NCBI GenBank assembly: GCA_051885305.1
Contig: JBJEWY010000071.1
Span: 5,361 to 69,360, forward strand
DNA length: 64,000 nucleotides
DNA from: Succinivibrio sp.
Lineage (GTDB): Bacteria; Pseudomonadota; Gammaproteobacteria; Enterobacterales; Succinivibrionaceae
Reading direction: 5' to 3'
Shown here one piece after another: positions 50,329-62,619 of the stretch. The stretch's first letter is position 1. Every line of letters begins with the position of its first letter. Below the pieces are notes generated by a model. It was given only the letters and a program-made list of their open reading frames with translations. It searched no databases and was not told the origin of the DNA. The translations under genes were made by a program, and so were the position numbers.

Positions 50329-51069
50329 CTAGAAATTTTTTTCCATTGGGCGCTGAACCAGTTTAAGGGTATTGTGGTCAATCTTTATGTAGCTGTAATT
50401 TGATTTCCACATGCCAAGACCAAGTCTGTGGGTATTCTCTCCAAAGGCGTTGTCTTCACCTCCATAAACATGGAAATGTCCATGGATGAGAATACTGCAG
50501 TCAGCCTTCTTCAAGAAGGTTTCACCAGCCTTTTTGACAATCGGATCACTCAGGTGGTGCTGATTTTCTCTGGCTTTTTCTTTATCCTGACTCTTTTGTC
50601 TGATCTTTTTACCAATATTGTTGCGCATTGATAAAGGTAGCGCCATAAAGAGCATTTTTATAAAAGGATTGTTGCTCAGGGAACGGTAGTGCTGAAAAGA
50701 TCTGTCGTTAAGGCAGAGCTGATCTCCGTGAATCAATAGAGCTCTGCCCTCAACTGTAGGAATGCAGTAGAAATCTGCAATCAGTTTCATTCCAAAATAG
50801 GCAGCAGATGCTTCATCCATTAAAAAGTCGCGGTTTCCTCTCATAAACAGAGTCTGAACTCCGCGCTTTTTTGCTTTAAGAATGATGTCTCTGATGTTCT
50901 GCTGGAATTTTGAGTTCTTGTCCACACCGACAAACATGTCAAACATATCACCTATGATAATCAGTCTGTCATTTAGATACAGATTGTTTTCGTAAAAATT
51001 AGACAGAGCATTAGTCAATATAGGTCTATTCTCTGCCAGGTGAAGATCAGCGATGATATATGTTGCCAT
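50329..51069 (-). CDS. lpxH: UDP-2,3-diacylglucosamine diphosphatase
   Basis: ADLHL, GDMFD, GNRDF, HGD.LC..D, IHGH.H; follows ppiB. Confidence 0.9.
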   Translation of the reverse strand: MATYIIADLHLAENRPILTNALSNFYENNLYLNDRLIIIGDMFDMFVGVDKNSKFQQNIRDIILKAKKRGVQTLFMRGNRDFLMDEASAAYFGMKLIADFYCIPTVEGRALLIHGDQLCLNDRSFQHYRSLSNNPFIKMLFMALPLSMRNNIGKKIRQKSQDKEKARENQHHLSDPIVKKAGETFLKKADCSILIHGHFHVYGGEDNAFGENTHRLGLGMWKSNYSYIKIDHNTLKLVQRPMEKNF

Positions 51070-51093
51070 AAATGACCTGCGAACTGCTTCTAA

Positions 51094-51585
51094 TTACTCA
51101 AGGATAGCGTCAAGAATTTCAACTGTTTCAACAGGAACATCCTGATAAGGATATACAGTTTTGGTTTTTGATTTTTCAATCTTGTCAACAACGTCCATTC
51201 CTTTTACAACCTTGCCGAATACGCAGTAGCCCCAGCCGGAGATATCCTTTGATCTGAAGTTTAAGAAGTCATTGTTTACGGTGTTGATGAAGAACTGTGC
51301 AGTAGCAGAGTGAGGATCACTTGTTCTTGCCATGGCAATAGTGCCGCGCTCGTTGGCTAAACCGTTGTCTGCTTCGTTCTGGATAGGATCGTTGGTCTCT
51401 TTATTATCCATATCTTTGGTCAGACCGCCGCCCTGGATCATGAAACCCTTGATAACTCTGTGGAAAATAGTTCCCTTGTAGAAACCTGATTTTACATATT
51501 CTTCAAAGTTCTGTGCTGTCTTTGGAGCCTTATCGTAATCAAGTTCAATAACAATATCGCCAAGGGTAGTCTTTAAAGTGATCAT
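51094..51585 (-). CDS. ppiB: Cyclophilin-type peptidyl-prolyl isomerase B
   Basis: [31 protein letters not shown]; divergent from cysS. Confidence 0.95.
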   Translation of the reverse strand: MITLKTTLGDIVIELDYDKAPKTAQNFEEYVKSGFYKGTIFHRVIKGFMIQGGGLTKDMDNKETNDPIQNEADNGLANERGTIAMARTSDPHSATAQFFINTVNNDFLNFRSKDISGWGYCVFGKVVKGMDVVDKIEKSKTKTVYPYQDVPVETVEILDAILE

Positions 51586-51778
51586 AAAAAAATCTCTAAT
51601 ATAAGTAGTTAAAAAGATGTTTTAAATATATTACCTGTACATTGTACAATGTTGCTGTTTTTTTTTACATTATTATCGGTCACACAGTGAATACAAATTG
51701 AGTTGTATGCTGTTTTTCGTGTTAACCGTTCTCATTTTTGGTATAGTAGCACCACAGATTTTATTCGGATAAATTGCA

Positions 51779-53149
51779 ATGCTGAAAATATATAACACAC
51801 TGACAAGATCAAAACAGGAATTCAAGCCTATTCGTGAGGGCGAAATCGGCATGTATGTATGCGGTGTTACCGTATACGATCTCTGTCATATCGGACACGC
51901 TCGTACCTTTGTTAACTTTGATGTGATTGTCCGTTATTTAAGATACAGCGGTTATAAGGTTACTTATGTCAGAAATATCACTGATATTGATGACAAAATC
52001 ATTAAAAGAGCCAATGAGCGCGGGATTGCTGCAAAAGATCTGGCTGAACAGTTTATTGTAGAGATGCACAATGATTTTGATGCACTCAATATCAGACGTC
52101 CAGATATTGAACCTAGAGCAACTCAGACTATTGATGAGATCATCGCTTTTGTTAAAAAACTCATTGATAACAAAAATGCTTATGTAGCTCAAAATGGTGA
52201 TGTTGTATTCAAGATAGATACCTTCCCAGAGTATGGTCGCCTGTCAGGACAGAAGATTGATGAGTTAAAAGCAGGAGCTAGAATTGAAGTTGCTCAGGGA
52301 AAGGAAAATCCTTTAGATTTTGTGCTCTGGAAAATGTCAAAACCAGGTGAGCCATACTGGGATTCTCCATGGGGTAAAGGTAGACCAGGCTGGCATATTG
52401 AATGCTCTGCCATGAACAACAAATATCTTGGCAGTGAATTTGATATTCACGGTGGTGGTTCTGATCTTGCTTTCCCTCATCATGAGAATGAGATTGCTCA
52501 AAGCTGCTGTGCTAACCACAACGATTATGTTCATTACTGGATGCACTCTGGCATGGTAATGATTAACGAAGAGAAGATGTCAAAATCTCTCAACAACTTC
52601 TTTACCATAAGAGATGTTCTAAAAGAGTATGATCCTGAGACTATTCGTTTCTTCCTTCTGTCTGGACAGTACAGAAGTCCTTTGAACTATTCTCAGGAAA
52701 ATCTTGATAAGGCAAGAGCTGCTTTAAACCGCTTCTATACAACTTTACGTGATACCAAGGCATCCGAACCTGATACTGCTGAGGATGAGTATACAGCTAA
52801 GTTTAAAGAATATATGGATGATGATTTTAATACTCCAGGTGCCATTTCTGTTCTTTTTGATCTTGTTAAGGCTGTTAATAAGGAATCAGGTGAAAAGGCA
52901 GAGAAACTTGCCGGAAGGTTAAAACAGCTTGCAAGTGTACTTGGTATCTTAGAGCAGGATCCTGACACTTTCTTGAAATCAGGTGCAGGTGTTGATGACT
53001 CAGCTGAAATTGAAGCATTAGTAAAAGAGCGAAATGATGCTAGAAAGGCAAAAGACTGGGCCAGAGCAGATGCTGCAAGAGATAAACTCAAGGCAATGAA
53101 TATTGAACTTGAAGATACCCCAAATGGAACAATCTGGCATCGAATCTAG
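51779..53149 (+). CDS. cysS: Cysteine--tRNA ligase
   Basis: [38 protein letters not shown]. Confidence 0.97.
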   Translation: MLKIYNTLTRSKQEFKPIREGEIGMYVCGVTVYDLCHIGHARTFVNFDVIVRYLRYSGYKVTYVRNITDIDDKIIKRANERGIAAKDLAEQFIVEMHNDFDALNIRRPDIEPRATQTIDEIIAFVKKLIDNKNAYVAQNGDVVFKIDTFPEYGRLSGQKIDELKAGARIEVAQGKENPLDFVLWKMSKPGEPYWDSPWGKGRPGWHIECSAMNNKYLGSEFDIHGGGSDLAFPHHENEIAQSCCANHNDYVHYWMHSGMVMINEEKMSKSLNNFFTIRDVLKEYDPETIRFFLLSGQYRSPLNYSQENLDKARAALNRFYTTLRDTKASEPDTAEDEYTAKFKEYMDDDFNTPGAISVLFDLVKAVNKESGEKAEKLAGRLKQLASVLGILEQDPDTFLKSGAGVDDSAEIEALVKERNDARKAKDWARADAARDKLKAMNIELEDTPNGTIWHRI

Positions 53150-53172
53150 TTTAATATCAATGCAATAATTAC

Positions 53173-53203
53173 AAAAGGCTGTGAGTTTTCTCACGGCCTT
53201 TTT
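53173..53203 (+). terminator. Intrinsic terminator after cysS
   Basis: aaaaggctgtgag/ctcacggccttttt. Confidence 0.8.
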
Positions 53204-53267
53204 AATTCCTGTTTGAATATTTAACCTTACTGTTTAATCTTAATAGATAGAGAGTAAGGAAAAGCCT

Positions 53268-55163
53268 ATGTTTCTAGAAAAAGCCAAAGTCGCGAACTTT
53301 CGCGGTATAAGAAAAATAACTGTAGACTTTGAAGATGGCAGTACTGTTTTAATAGGTGAAAACCACTGGGGTAAAACATCATTACTACGTGTCTTATGGA
53401 TGGTTCTAGGACAGGGAGAAACGCTATGTAATTTTTCTCATGACGATCTTTATGTTCCTATTCCTATTGATACCACATCAAGGATCAAAGCAGACGATCT
53501 TGTTGAAAAGGTAACAGGCAGAAAATCGATTAGTTTTGATGAAACTTATCAGAATGTAAAAAATGCTGATTCTTCTGACAGGAAGTCTGAAAACAAAGCT
53601 GATACTCCGGCATTAAAGAATGAAAAACTTTTTCTCGATGAATTGGGAAAATTCATAGATGAGAGTGAACCTTTAGATACAGCTGTAGAAGAAGAGAGTT
53701 TTGATAAGACGGATGCTCACATAAGGGTGGATCTCTTTTTCAGAGAAAGCGTTCCATCTGGTCCTGGCGAGGCTGATCCTGAGCTTAAGGACTTTTGGTA
53801 TTACGACAGTGATGGTGTATACAGAATTCATTATCAGATTGTAGCTTTCTTTAATGAGAATGAAGGTAGATTTGTCACTTACCATAACCTTTTAAACAAG
53901 CAGAAGATGGCTGTTAAGAGAGATGAAAAACAGGTGAAAGCCATTTTAGCTCTCATTCGCTACAATCCTGTGTTCCGTCTTCGTGACAGTCGTATGGATG
54001 GACAGAGTGATTACTCAGATGAGCAGTCAAGAGAGAACAAGCTCAAGGCCATTATGGCAAAAGTTCAGGCATCAGAAACTGTTTCTGGTGAATACATAGG
54101 AAGTGTCATAAATCTGTTTGGTGATTTTTTAGACAAGTATTTTGCCAATTACACCAATTACAGTGGAGATGTAAAGCAACCCAAGAAAACCCGAAATTTA
54201 GACGATATTGTAAAAAGACCAATTTCTCTTGAATCATTATCATCAATCAAGACCATGCTACAGGAGCCTGGATTTAACAAGTCAAAGGCTTTGGTATCAT
54301 TTATTGCCATCAACATGCTTTTATCTCAAGGTGATCGTAAAATCTCCCCAGACAGCAGACCTATCATCATCTTCGAGGATATTGAATCACGTTTTCATCC
54401 ATCACTTCTTCTGTCTTTCTGGTCGTTAATTGAACCTACTGAAACTCAAAAAATTATTACGACCAACAGCGGAGATCTTTTAAGTGCAGTATCTCTTGAA
54501 TCCTTACGTCGTCTGCACAGAAGACTTTATGATACCTACTGTTTCAAGATTGATCCGTATGCCTTAAGTTATGAGGATCTAAGAAGAATCGCTTTTCATA
54601 TCAGGCTTAACAGACCAATGGCTCTGTTTGCAAGAACGTGGATTTTGGTTGAGGGTGAAACAGAAGTATGGATCATAACTCAGATAGCTTCTATCCTTGG
54701 GATCTCTCTGCCATGTGAAGGTATCAGGATTATTGAGTTTGCTCAGTGCGGTTTAAAACCTCTTATAAAAATGGCAAAACAGCTTGGTATCAATTTTCAC
54801 GTGCTGACAGACGGAGATGAAGCCGGACAGAAATATTCAGATATCACCAAGGCTTTCATTTCAAAGAAAAAGATAGACCGATACCTGACCACATTGCCAC
54901 AAAAGGATATTGAGCATTATCTTTACACTCAAGGTTATGAGAGAACATTCAGGCTGGCTGCGGGCATTACCAATCAGAATCAGCTGAAAAAAGGTTTTAA
55001 CATGGACAGGATCATTGAGCTTGCAATCAGAAAAAAGAGCAAGCCTGGACTTGCTCTGGTTCTTGTGGATGCCATTCAAAAGCGTGGACTTGAAGGTGTT
55101 CCTGTTATTTTTGCCAGACTTTTACAGACGGTAAGGGAGCTTGGCAGCGAGAATTACCTATAG
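53268..55163 (+). CDS. YbjD/DUF2813-type OLD-family ATPase-TOPRIM nuclease
   Basis: NFRGI, Walker A IGENHWGKTS, Walker B IIFEDIESRFHP, TTNSGDLL, TOPRIM WILVEGETE and TDGDEAG. Confidence 0.85.
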   Translation: MFLEKAKVANFRGIRKITVDFEDGSTVLIGENHWGKTSLLRVLWMVLGQGETLCNFSHDDLYVPIPIDTTSRIKADDLVEKVTGRKSISFDETYQNVKNADSSDRKSENKADTPALKNEKLFLDELGKFIDESEPLDTAVEEESFDKTDAHIRVDLFFRESVPSGPGEADPELKDFWYYDSDGVYRIHYQIVAFFNENEGRFVTYHNLLNKQKMAVKRDEKQVKAILALIRYNPVFRLRDSRMDGQSDYSDEQSRENKLKAIMAKVQASETVSGEYIGSVINLFGDFLDKYFANYTNYSGDVKQPKKTRNLDDIVKRPISLESLSSIKTMLQEPGFNKSKALVSFIAINMLLSQGDRKISPDSRPIIIFEDIESRFHPSLLLSFWSLIEPTETQKIITTNSGDLLSAVSLESLRRLHRRLYDTYCFKIDPYALSYEDLRRIAFHIRLNRPMALFARTWILVEGETEVWIITQIASILGISLPCEGIRIIEFAQCGLKPLIKMAKQLGINFHVLTDGDEAGQKYSDITKAFISKKKIDRYLTTLPQKDIEHYLYTQGYERTFRLAAGITNQNQLKKGFNMDRIIELAIRKKSKPGLALVLVDAIQKRGLEGVPVIFARLLQTVRELGSENYL

Positions 55164-55220
55164 TCTTTTGTTGTGCAGAATTCAGGCTGTATTAGCAGTA
55201 TAAAATGTCAATAAATATTG

Positions 55221-56075
55221 CTATTCAATATTCTGAATCTGCTCTCTCATCTGCTCAATTAAAACCTTGAGTTCAACGGCGGTATCTGTGATGAGAAGGT
55301 TTGATGCTTTTGAGGCAATGGTGTTTGCCTCACGGTTGTATTCCTGCATCAAAAAGTCGAGTCTCTTTCCGCAAAGTCCGCCTCCATGCAGAATACTTTC
55401 TGTTTGCGCAAGATGAGATCTGAGCCTGTCATATTCCTCTTTGATATCTGCTCTCTGAGCTGCAAGCACTACTTCAGCTTCTAGTCTCTCTTTTGGAATT
55501 TCAGTATCGCTAAGTTTTCCCAATATTCTTTCTTTTTCTGTTGCAACAAGGCTCTCTAGGTTGTCTCTAATGACATCAAGCTGTTTTTCAATGTCAGATT
55601 CAATTGCTAAAAGACAGCATCTGATGCGATCACCTTCAAGTGCTCTTGATTCAAGGAACTTTAAAACAGCTTCATTAAAACACTGCTCAAGATCTGGCAT
55701 GATTTCTTCTAGATCTTTTCTTTCAACCTTAATTCCAGGATAGTTTAGGATTTCTGTAGCGTTTACAGTGGCATTTGGAATTTCGCTGTTAATGAGTCGA
55801 ATCGCCGAGGCAATCTGTTTGAGAGTATTTTGGTCTATTTCAAACTGATCTTCTATGTCATCAGTGTAGATAACAGTACAGTTGACCTTACCTCTTTTCA
55901 GATGCGATTTTAAGATGTCAGAAAATTTTTTCTCTAAAGTTTTTATATTGTCAGAAATTTGCAGATTTAATTCTGTAAAGCGGTTGTTTACAGATGAGAT
56001 AGTGATACTTACTGAACCTTTTTTCAGTTTCTTTTCGAGGTTTGAATAACCAGTCATGCTGTAGATTCTGTTCAT
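55221..56075 (-). CDS. yicC: YicC/YloC family endoribonuclease
   Basis: SMTGY, SVNNRF, RGKV, GKRLDFLMQE.NREANT..SK, IEQMREQIQNIE. Confidence 0.92.
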   Translation of the reverse strand: MNRIYSMTGYSNLEKKLKKGSVSITISSVNNRFTELNLQISDNIKTLEKKFSDILKSHLKRGKVNCTVIYTDDIEDQFEIDQNTLKQIASAIRLINSEIPNATVNATEILNYPGIKVERKDLEEIMPDLEQCFNEAVLKFLESRALEGDRIRCCLLAIESDIEKQLDVIRDNLESLVATEKERILGKLSDTEIPKERLEAEVVLAAQRADIKEEYDRLRSHLAQTESILHGGGLCGKRLDFLMQEYNREANTIASKASNLLITDTAVELKVLIEQMREQIQNIE

Positions 56076-56176
56076 TGGGCACTCCTTGTAATTTTAAATT
56101 ATAACAGTAGAGATAGTGTGACGACAAAAGCGTTCTTATAGTGTAGAATTTAAGCAGTTTTTTAGAGGAAGGTACT

Positions 56177-56818
56177 ATGCAGGAATATCAGCGTAAGTTT
56201 ATTGAACTGGCTTTGGCCAAAGGTGTATTGAAGTTTGGTTCTTTTGTTTTGAAATCTGGCAGAACAAGCCCATATTTTTTCAATGCGGGAGGTTTCAATA
56301 CTGGTTCAGATTTAGCTGAGCTTGGTTCATGCTATGCTCACGCTTTAGTTGATGCAGGTATTTCATTTGATGTTTTATTCGGACCTGCATACAAGGGAAT
56401 TCCTCTAGCCTGTGCCACTTCTATTGCACTTGCAACCGAGCATAACCGCAATGTTCCTTGGTGTTTCAACCGCAAGGAAAAGAAAGATCATGGAGAGGGT
56501 GGTAATCTCGTGGGAGCCCCTCTAAAGGGTGATATTCTTCTTGTTGATGACGTAATTACAGCCGGTACAGCAATTAGAGAATCAGAGCAGATCATTAAGG
56601 CCACAGGAGCAAATTTCAAGGCTGCCATTATCGCCTTAAACCGTATGGAGAAAGGCAATGGGGATAAGAGCGCCATTGAAGAGGCTGAAGAGAGCATCGG
56701 TATCAAGATTATTTCAATTGTAACTTTCAATGACCTGTTGAAGTACATTGAAAATGACAGCGAGCTAAGCGCTCATATCCCAGCAATGCTCAAGTACAGA
56801 GAGCAGTACGGCGCATAG
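56177..56818 (+). CDS. pyrE: Orotate phosphoribosyltransferase
   Basis: [42 protein letters not shown]. Confidence 0.97.
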   Translation: MQEYQRKFIELALAKGVLKFGSFVLKSGRTSPYFFNAGGFNTGSDLAELGSCYAHALVDAGISFDVLFGPAYKGIPLACATSIALATEHNRNVPWCFNRKEKKDHGEGGNLVGAPLKGDILLVDDVITAGTAIRESEQIIKATGANFKAAIIALNRMEKGNGDKSAIEEAEESIGIKIISIVTFNDLLKYIENDSELSAHIPAMLKYREQYGA

Positions 56819-56826
56819 CATCAGAT

Positions 56827-56856
56827 ATGCTTCTGTTTTTTTGTAGACAGAAGCAT
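56827..56856. terminator. Hairpin between convergent pyrE and queH
   Basis: atgcttctgt/acagaagcat 10-bp inverted repeat; no clear U-tract. Confidence 0.45.
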
Positions 56857-56870
56857 GTCATATAGTAGGT

Positions 56871-57500
56871 TCATTTCTTGTAGCCGGCGCTTATCTGACT
56901 GTAAGCGCAACCGCAGTAAAGCTGGTTGTAAAAACCGATTTCTTTTACAAGTTCATAACGTCTGCCGACAAGACCATCTTTTCTCCAGTCCTGATCCCAG
57001 TAACTTATGTTTTCTGCCTGTTTTGCTGCAGCAAATCCGGCCTCATCAACCTGCTTTTTACTTTTCCATCTGGAAGTTGCAAGTGTTGTGGTGAAGGTAT
57101 TGATGCCGTTTTCTTTTGCGAACATTGCAGTAACTGTAAGTCTGTGAGTAAAGCATTTCAAACATCTTCCTCCACGCTCTGGTTCGTTTTCAAGACCTTT
57201 GATTTTCTCCTGCCAGTTCTCGTAATCGTAATCACCGACTACGTAATCAAGATTCAATAGTTGGCACAGGTGGATCCATTCATCTCTTCTTTTTTCGTAT
57301 TCTTCAAACGGATAGATATTTGGATTGTAAAAAAACATCAAAGGCCTGATATTGTTGAATAGAAGGCATTCCACCAATGAAGTAGAGCATGGAGCGCAGC
57401 AGGCATGAAGAACTAGCCCGTTGGCACCTTCAGGAAGTATTAACTCTTTTTTAGGACTAGATTTTGCAAAATCATCAGGCAGTGAAAAGTTAAATGTCAT
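56871..57500 (-). CDS. queH: Epoxyqueuosine reductase QueH (DUF208)
   Basis: LHACCAPCS, FYNPNI, EPERGGRC..CF..RL, YNQLYCGC.YS. Confidence 0.9.
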   Translation of the reverse strand: MTFNFSLPDDFAKSSPKKELILPEGANGLVLHACCAPCSTSLVECLLFNNIRPLMFFYNPNIYPFEEYEKRRDEWIHLCQLLNLDYVVGDYDYENWQEKIKGLENEPERGGRCLKCFTHRLTVTAMFAKENGINTFTTTLATSRWKSKKQVDEAGFAAAKQAENISYWDQDWRKDGLVGRRYELVKEIGFYNQLYCGCAYSQISAGYKK

Positions 57501-57568
57501 ATTATGATCCGAATAAGACTGAATATCGTATTATAGTCAGAGTTTTTTTATTAACCAAAAGAAAAACA

Positions 57569-59353
57569 ATGAAGTCACAATCCGCAAAAATATTATTAAC
57601 CCTGTTATGTCCTGTTACATTGTGTGGACTTTTCTATTATCTATATGATTTTTCATTAAGAAGTTATGTCACTTTTTTTGTATACAATCTGACATCACTT
57701 GTAGCGGTAATTTTAACTTTTTTCCTGATATCTGACAGAAAAAAGGCACTTTGGGCTTTTGTCTTTATCGAGGCTGTATATTTAAGTGTTTATCTCCTGT
57801 CTTTAGCATTAGGCCTAAATACCAGTCTCTTTGATTTTGCAAAGGGGGTTGGCTTTTCTTTAATTGTGGCATCACTCGTATTGCTTGCAAGTACGCTGTT
57901 CACAGGTCGTGGATTAGTATTAAATATATTTTTCTTTCTACTCGTTTTTATAGCGCTACTCTTTCCTCTCATGTTTATCTGCTATTTTGTAGCAACAGGA
58001 TCGCTGATATCCTCTGATATCATTATTGCGCTAGCGCAGACTAATCCTGAAGAGGGGTCGGAATTCTTTATAAGTAATGTCAATGTATGGTGGGGTGTTT
58101 CTTTTATTGTTCTGTCAGCAGTTTTAGCCATTAGTTTTATCCTGATAAAAAGAGCAAAGCTAAAACTTTCCTCCCAAAGATACCTGACGGTTTCACTTTT
58201 TTTAACTCTTGTATCAGCGGTGTTTCTTGTATTGCCAAGAATGGATTACCTTCCATTTGCAGTGGTTAAAATCACATCAAGACAGCTAGATAACTTTGAT
58301 GCCTACAAAAAGCAGAAAGGGGAGAGATTAGAAAAGTTAAAGACTCTTACCTCATTAAAACTAGAAGACAGAAGTGTTAAAAATCCAGGTCTTTATGTGC
58401 TGGTTATCGGAGAGTCTGCCAGTGCAAACAGAATGCAGGTTTATGGTTTTGAAAGAAAAAATACCAGCAGACTTGTAGCAAGACTTAAAGAATCAGAGCA
58501 CAATCTTGTATTCAGAAATGTCTATTCGTCATGGCCACAGACAGTCCAGGCCCTTTCATATGCGCTAACACAGGCCAATCAGTACAATGGTATTGAATGT
58601 GTAAATGCATTTTCCTTAATTGAAATGGCACGAGTCTGCGGCTTTGATACCTACTGGCTTTCAAATCAGCGTAAATACGGCATGTATGAAACTCCAATTA
58701 CTGTAATTGCATCAACTGCCGCCCACGAGATCTGGACTAACGGGACCTCAAAGATGGAAAGTGTGTTTTTTGACTCAGAGCTTGTAAAGAACTTTCCAAA
58801 AATTGATGAGAATACCAACACCCTTGTTGTAATACATCTTATGGGAAGTCACCAGAAATATGACAAGAGACTGCCAAATGATTTCATGCTGTTTCATGGA
58901 GATGATTCTGTACTAGACAGCTACGATGATACCATTGCATATACTGATTACATAGTCGATGAAATCTATAAAAAGGCTGCTCTGAATAAATCTTTTAAAG
59001 CTTTAGTGTACTTTTCTGATCATGGAGAAGATCCTCATCTTACAGGCGGTCATGATCCTGAAAATGTAACTCTGAACATGCTGCATGTTCCTTTGTATAT
59101 GCATTTGTCTTCTTCATTTGTAGAAGAAGCACCTAAGGTGTTTTTGAATCTGAAATCAAATACAGGAAAGTACTTTTCAAATGATCTGATATTTGATCTG
59201 ATGACTTCCATATTAGGTATAGATGGTATTCCTGATTACAGGCAGTCATTAAATCTTGCAAGTGACGAGTATTCGCTAGACAGGGATTCTATCCTTACAA
59301 TGTATGGAAAAATGCATTTAGATGACAGCAGGTTGCAAAAATTAAAAAAATAG
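57569..59353 (+). CDS. Phosphoethanolamine transferase (EptA/CptA-like, sulfatase fold)
   Basis: N-terminal TM helices, QTN..E, VLVIGES, catalytic Thr (PQTVQAL), WLSNQ, HLMGSH, YFSDHGE. Confidence 0.85.
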   Translation: MKSQSAKILLTLLCPVTLCGLFYYLYDFSLRSYVTFFVYNLTSLVAVILTFFLISDRKKALWAFVFIEAVYLSVYLLSLALGLNTSLFDFAKGVGFSLIVASLVLLASTLFTGRGLVLNIFFFLLVFIALLFPLMFICYFVATGSLISSDIIIALAQTNPEEGSEFFISNVNVWWGVSFIVLSAVLAISFILIKRAKLKLSSQRYLTVSLFLTLVSAVFLVLPRMDYLPFAVVKITSRQLDNFDAYKKQKGERLEKLKTLTSLKLEDRSVKNPGLYVLVIGESASANRMQVYGFERKNTSRLVARLKESEHNLVFRNVYSSWPQTVQALSYALTQANQYNGIECVNAFSLIEMARVCGFDTYWLSNQRKYGMYETPITVIASTAAHEIWTNGTSKMESVFFDSELVKNFPKIDENTNTLVVIHLMGSHQKYDKRLPNDFMLFHGDDSVLDSYDDTIAYTDYIVDEIYKKAALNKSFKALVYFSDHGEDPHLTGGHDPENVTLNMLHVPLYMHLSSSFVEEAPKVFLNLKSNTGKYFSNDLIFDLMTSILGIDGIPDYRQSLNLASDEYSLDRDSILTMYGKMHLDDSRLQKLKK

Positions 59354-59388
59354 TTTGTATTTTTTTTTAAATCGTGTAGAATAATTTG

Positions 59389-59889
<501 letters not shown>

Positions 59890-59907
59890 CAATAGGGGAT
59901 AAATACA

Positions 59908-60546
59908 ATGTCAATCGGTTTAATTGGCCGCAAGCTTGGTATGACCCGTGTTTTCAACGAGAACGGCAAATCTGTTCCAGTAACAGTCATCCAGGTAGAA
60001 GCAAACCGCGTTACCCAGGTTAAGAATCTTGAATCAGACGGTTACACCGCAATTCAGGTTACTACTGGCGAGCGCAAAGCAAGTCGTATGACCAAGCCAG
60101 AAATTGGTCATTTCGCTAAGTCCGGCGTTCAGGCAGGCCGTGGCTTATGGGAGTTCCGTTTAGATGATGCCGAGCTTGCTAACTATAAAGTAGGCGACGA
60201 GATCAAGGTAGACGCCTTCCAGGATGTTAAGAAAGTTGATGTAACTGGTCAGTCAAAAGGTAAAGGTACTGCTGGTACTATCAAGCGCTATAACTTCTTA
60301 CATCAGGATTACACTCACGGTAACTCACGTTCACATCGTGTTCCTGGCTCAACCGGTCAGAATCAGACTCCAGGTCGAGTATTCAAGGGTAAGAAGATGG
60401 TTGGTCACATGGGTTCTGAGAAAGTCACTGTACAGTGCCTTGACTTAGTTCGCATTGATGCAGAACGCAATTTACTCCTCGTTAAGGGTGCTGTTCCAGG
60501 CGCTAACAACGGTGATGTAATTGTAAGGCCAAGTGTTAAAGCTTAA
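59908..60546 (+). CDS. rplC: 50S ribosomal protein L3
   Basis: [34 protein letters not shown]. Confidence 0.98.
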   Translation: MSIGLIGRKLGMTRVFNENGKSVPVTVIQVEANRVTQVKNLESDGYTAIQVTTGERKASRMTKPEIGHFAKSGVQAGRGLWEFRLDDAELANYKVGDEIKVDAFQDVKKVDVTGQSKGKGTAGTIKRYNFLHQDYTHGNSRSHRVPGSTGQNQTPGRVFKGKKMVGHMGSEKVTVQCLDLVRIDAERNLLLVKGAVPGANNGDVIVRPSVKA

Positions 60547-60562
60547 CCTGAGGTAATAGGAA

Positions 60563-61177
60563 ATGGAATTAAAGTTAATTGGCACTGACAAGCAGCTTGA
60601 AGTATCAGAGAATGCTTTTGGCCGCGAGTTCAATGAGCCATTAGTGCATCAGGTTGTAGTTTCTTACCTGAGCACTGCCCGCCGTGGCACTAAAGCCCAG
60701 AAGACCCGCTCTGAAGTTTCAGGCGGCGGCAAGAAGCCATTCCGTCAGAAGGGCACCGGCCGTGCACGTGCTGGTTCTTCCCGCTCACCATTATGGCGTG
60801 CTGGTGGTACCATCTTTGCTGCTAAGCCACAGGATTGGACTCAGAAAGTTAATCGTAAGATGTATCGTGTTGCTATGTGCAGCATCTTATCTGAGCTCGT
60901 TCGTCAGGATCGTTTAGTTGTAGTTGAAGACTTCAAGATTGAAGATCACAAGACTAAGACTCTCGTAAACAAGCTGAAGGATCTCGGCTTAAAGCAGGTT
61001 CTTATCGTAACTGATGCTATCGATGACAACTTATTCTTAGCATCACGCAATCTGTACAAAGTAGAAGTATGTCAGCCACGTTCTTCAGAGTTCAACCCAT
61101 ACAATCTGGTTGGCTTTGACAAGATTCTTGTTACTTCTGCCGCTGTTAAGAAGATCGAAGAGGAGTTACTGAAATAA
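60563..61177 (+). CDS. rplD: 50S ribosomal protein L4
   Basis: [25 protein letters not shown]. Confidence 0.98.
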   Translation: MELKLIGTDKQLEVSENAFGREFNEPLVHQVVVSYLSTARRGTKAQKTRSEVSGGGKKPFRQKGTGRARAGSSRSPLWRAGGTIFAAKPQDWTQKVNRKMYRVAMCSILSELVRQDRLVVVEDFKIEDHKTKTLVNKLKDLGLKQVLIVTDAIDDNLFLASRNLYKVEVCQPRSSEFNPYNLVGFDKILVTSAAVKKIEEELLK

Positions 61178-61494
61178 TGTCACAGGCTCGTCTATACAAC
61201 ATCTTAAAAGCTCCAGTAGTTTCTGAGAAGAGCACTGCTGCTAACGAAAAGAATGTTTTAGTATTCAAAGTCCTCAAGGACGCTACTAAGGATGAAATCA
61301 AGGCCGCTGTTGAGACCATCTTCAATGTTCAGGTTCTCGACGTTCGTACCTTAAATGTTCTTGGTAAAGTTCGCCGTACCGCACGTGGTTTAGGCAAGCG
61401 TTCTGATTGGAAAAAGGCTTATGTTACTCTTCCAGAAGGCACTACACTCGATGTAGAAGATGCCTCACAGCAGACTAACAAGGAGAGCAAGTAA
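61177..61494 (+). CDS. rplW: 50S ribosomal protein L23
   Basis: [26 protein letters not shown]. Confidence 0.97.
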   Translation: MSQARLYNILKAPVVSEKSTAANEKNVLVFKVLKDATKDEIKAAVETIFNVQVLDVRTLNVLGKVRRTARGLGKRSDWKKAYVTLPEGTTLDVEDASQQTNKESK

Positions 61495-62309
61495 TGGCAA
61501 TCATAAAAGCAAAGCCAACCACTCCATCACGTCGTCACGTGGTTCAGATCAAGACTGCTGACTTATGGAAGGGTGGTCCAGAGCGTTCTCTTACCGTTGA
61601 GAAGCGTAAGACTGGTGGTCGTGACAATTATGGTCACATTTCAACCCGTCACATCGGTGGTGGTCACAAGCAGCGTTACCGTTTAATCGACTTCAAGCGT
61701 CAGAAGGACGGTGTTGTAGCTGTTGTTGAGCGTATTGAGTACGATCCAAACCGTTCTGCTCACATCGCTTTAATCTGCTATACAGATGGTTCACGTAGCT
61801 ATATCTTAGCTCCTAAGGGCCTCAAGGCAGGTGACAAGGTTGTTTCAGGTCAGAATGCTGAGATCAAAGTTGGTAATACTCTGCCAATGCGCAACATTCC
61901 ACTTGGTACTACCATCCACGCTGTAGAGCTTCATCCAGGTGCTGGTGCAGTATTTGCACGTTCAGCAGGTTGCTACTGTGAACTCGTTGCACGTGAGGGT
62001 GCTTACGTAACCCTTCGCATGCGTTCAGGCGAAATGCGTAAAGTATTAGCTGAAGGCCGTGCAACTATCGGTGAAATCGGCAATGGCGAGCACATGCTTG
62101 CTCAGCTTGGTAAAGCTGGTGCTAAGCGTTGGCGCGGCGTTCGCCCTACCGTTCGCGGTATGTCAATGAACCCTATCGACCATCCACATGGTGGTGGTGA
62201 AGGTAGAAACAAGGGTATTCAGCCTTGCTCACCATGGGGTACCCCATGTAAGGGCTTCAAGACCCGTAATAACAAGCGTACTGACAAGTACATTGTTCAT
62301 CACCGTTAA
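61494..62309 (+). CDS. rplB: 50S ribosomal protein L2
   Basis: [28 protein letters not shown]. Confidence 0.98.
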   Translation: MAIIKAKPTTPSRRHVVQIKTADLWKGGPERSLTVEKRKTGGRDNYGHISTRHIGGGHKQRYRLIDFKRQKDGVVAVVERIEYDPNRSAHIALICYTDGSRSYILAPKGLKAGDKVVSGQNAEIKVGNTLPMRNIPLGTTIHAVELHPGAGAVFARSAGCYCELVAREGAYVTLRMRSGEMRKVLAEGRATIGEIGNGEHMLAQLGKAGAKRWRGVRPTVRGMSMNPIDHPHGGGEGRNKGIQPCSPWGTPCKGFKTRNNKRTDKYIVHHR

Positions 62310-62329
62310 TCGAATAGCGAGGATATAAC

Positions 62330-62605
62330 ATGCCACGTTCTTTAAAGAAAGGTCCATTTATTGATGAGTCCTTACTTAAGAAGGTACTGCAGGCCACTGA
62401 GAACGGCGATAAAAAGCCAATCAAGACCTGGTCACGCCGTTCAGTTATCATTCCACAGATGATTGGAATGACCATCGCTGTTCACAACGGCCGTCAGCAC
62501 GTACCAGTTTTTGTTTCTGATGAAATGGTAGGTCACAAGTTAGGTGAGTTTGCACCAACTCGTACCTTCAAAGGTCACGCCGCCGCTGCCACAGCTAAGG
62601 CTTAA
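62330..62605 (+). CDS. rpsS: 30S ribosomal protein S19
   Basis: [28 protein letters not shown]. Confidence 0.98.
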   Translation: MPRSLKKGPFIDESLLKKVLQATENGDKKPIKTWSRRSVIIPQMIGMTIAVHNGRQHVPVFVSDEMVGHKLGEFAPTRTFKGHAAAATAKA

Positions 62606-62619
62606 TGGAGTTTAATGTA

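Noticed and set aside
53268-55163. Calling the OLD-family gene a Gabija or other defence island
   Set aside because: No helicase or other defence partner; flanked by core genes cysS and yicC; motifs match chromosomal YbjD
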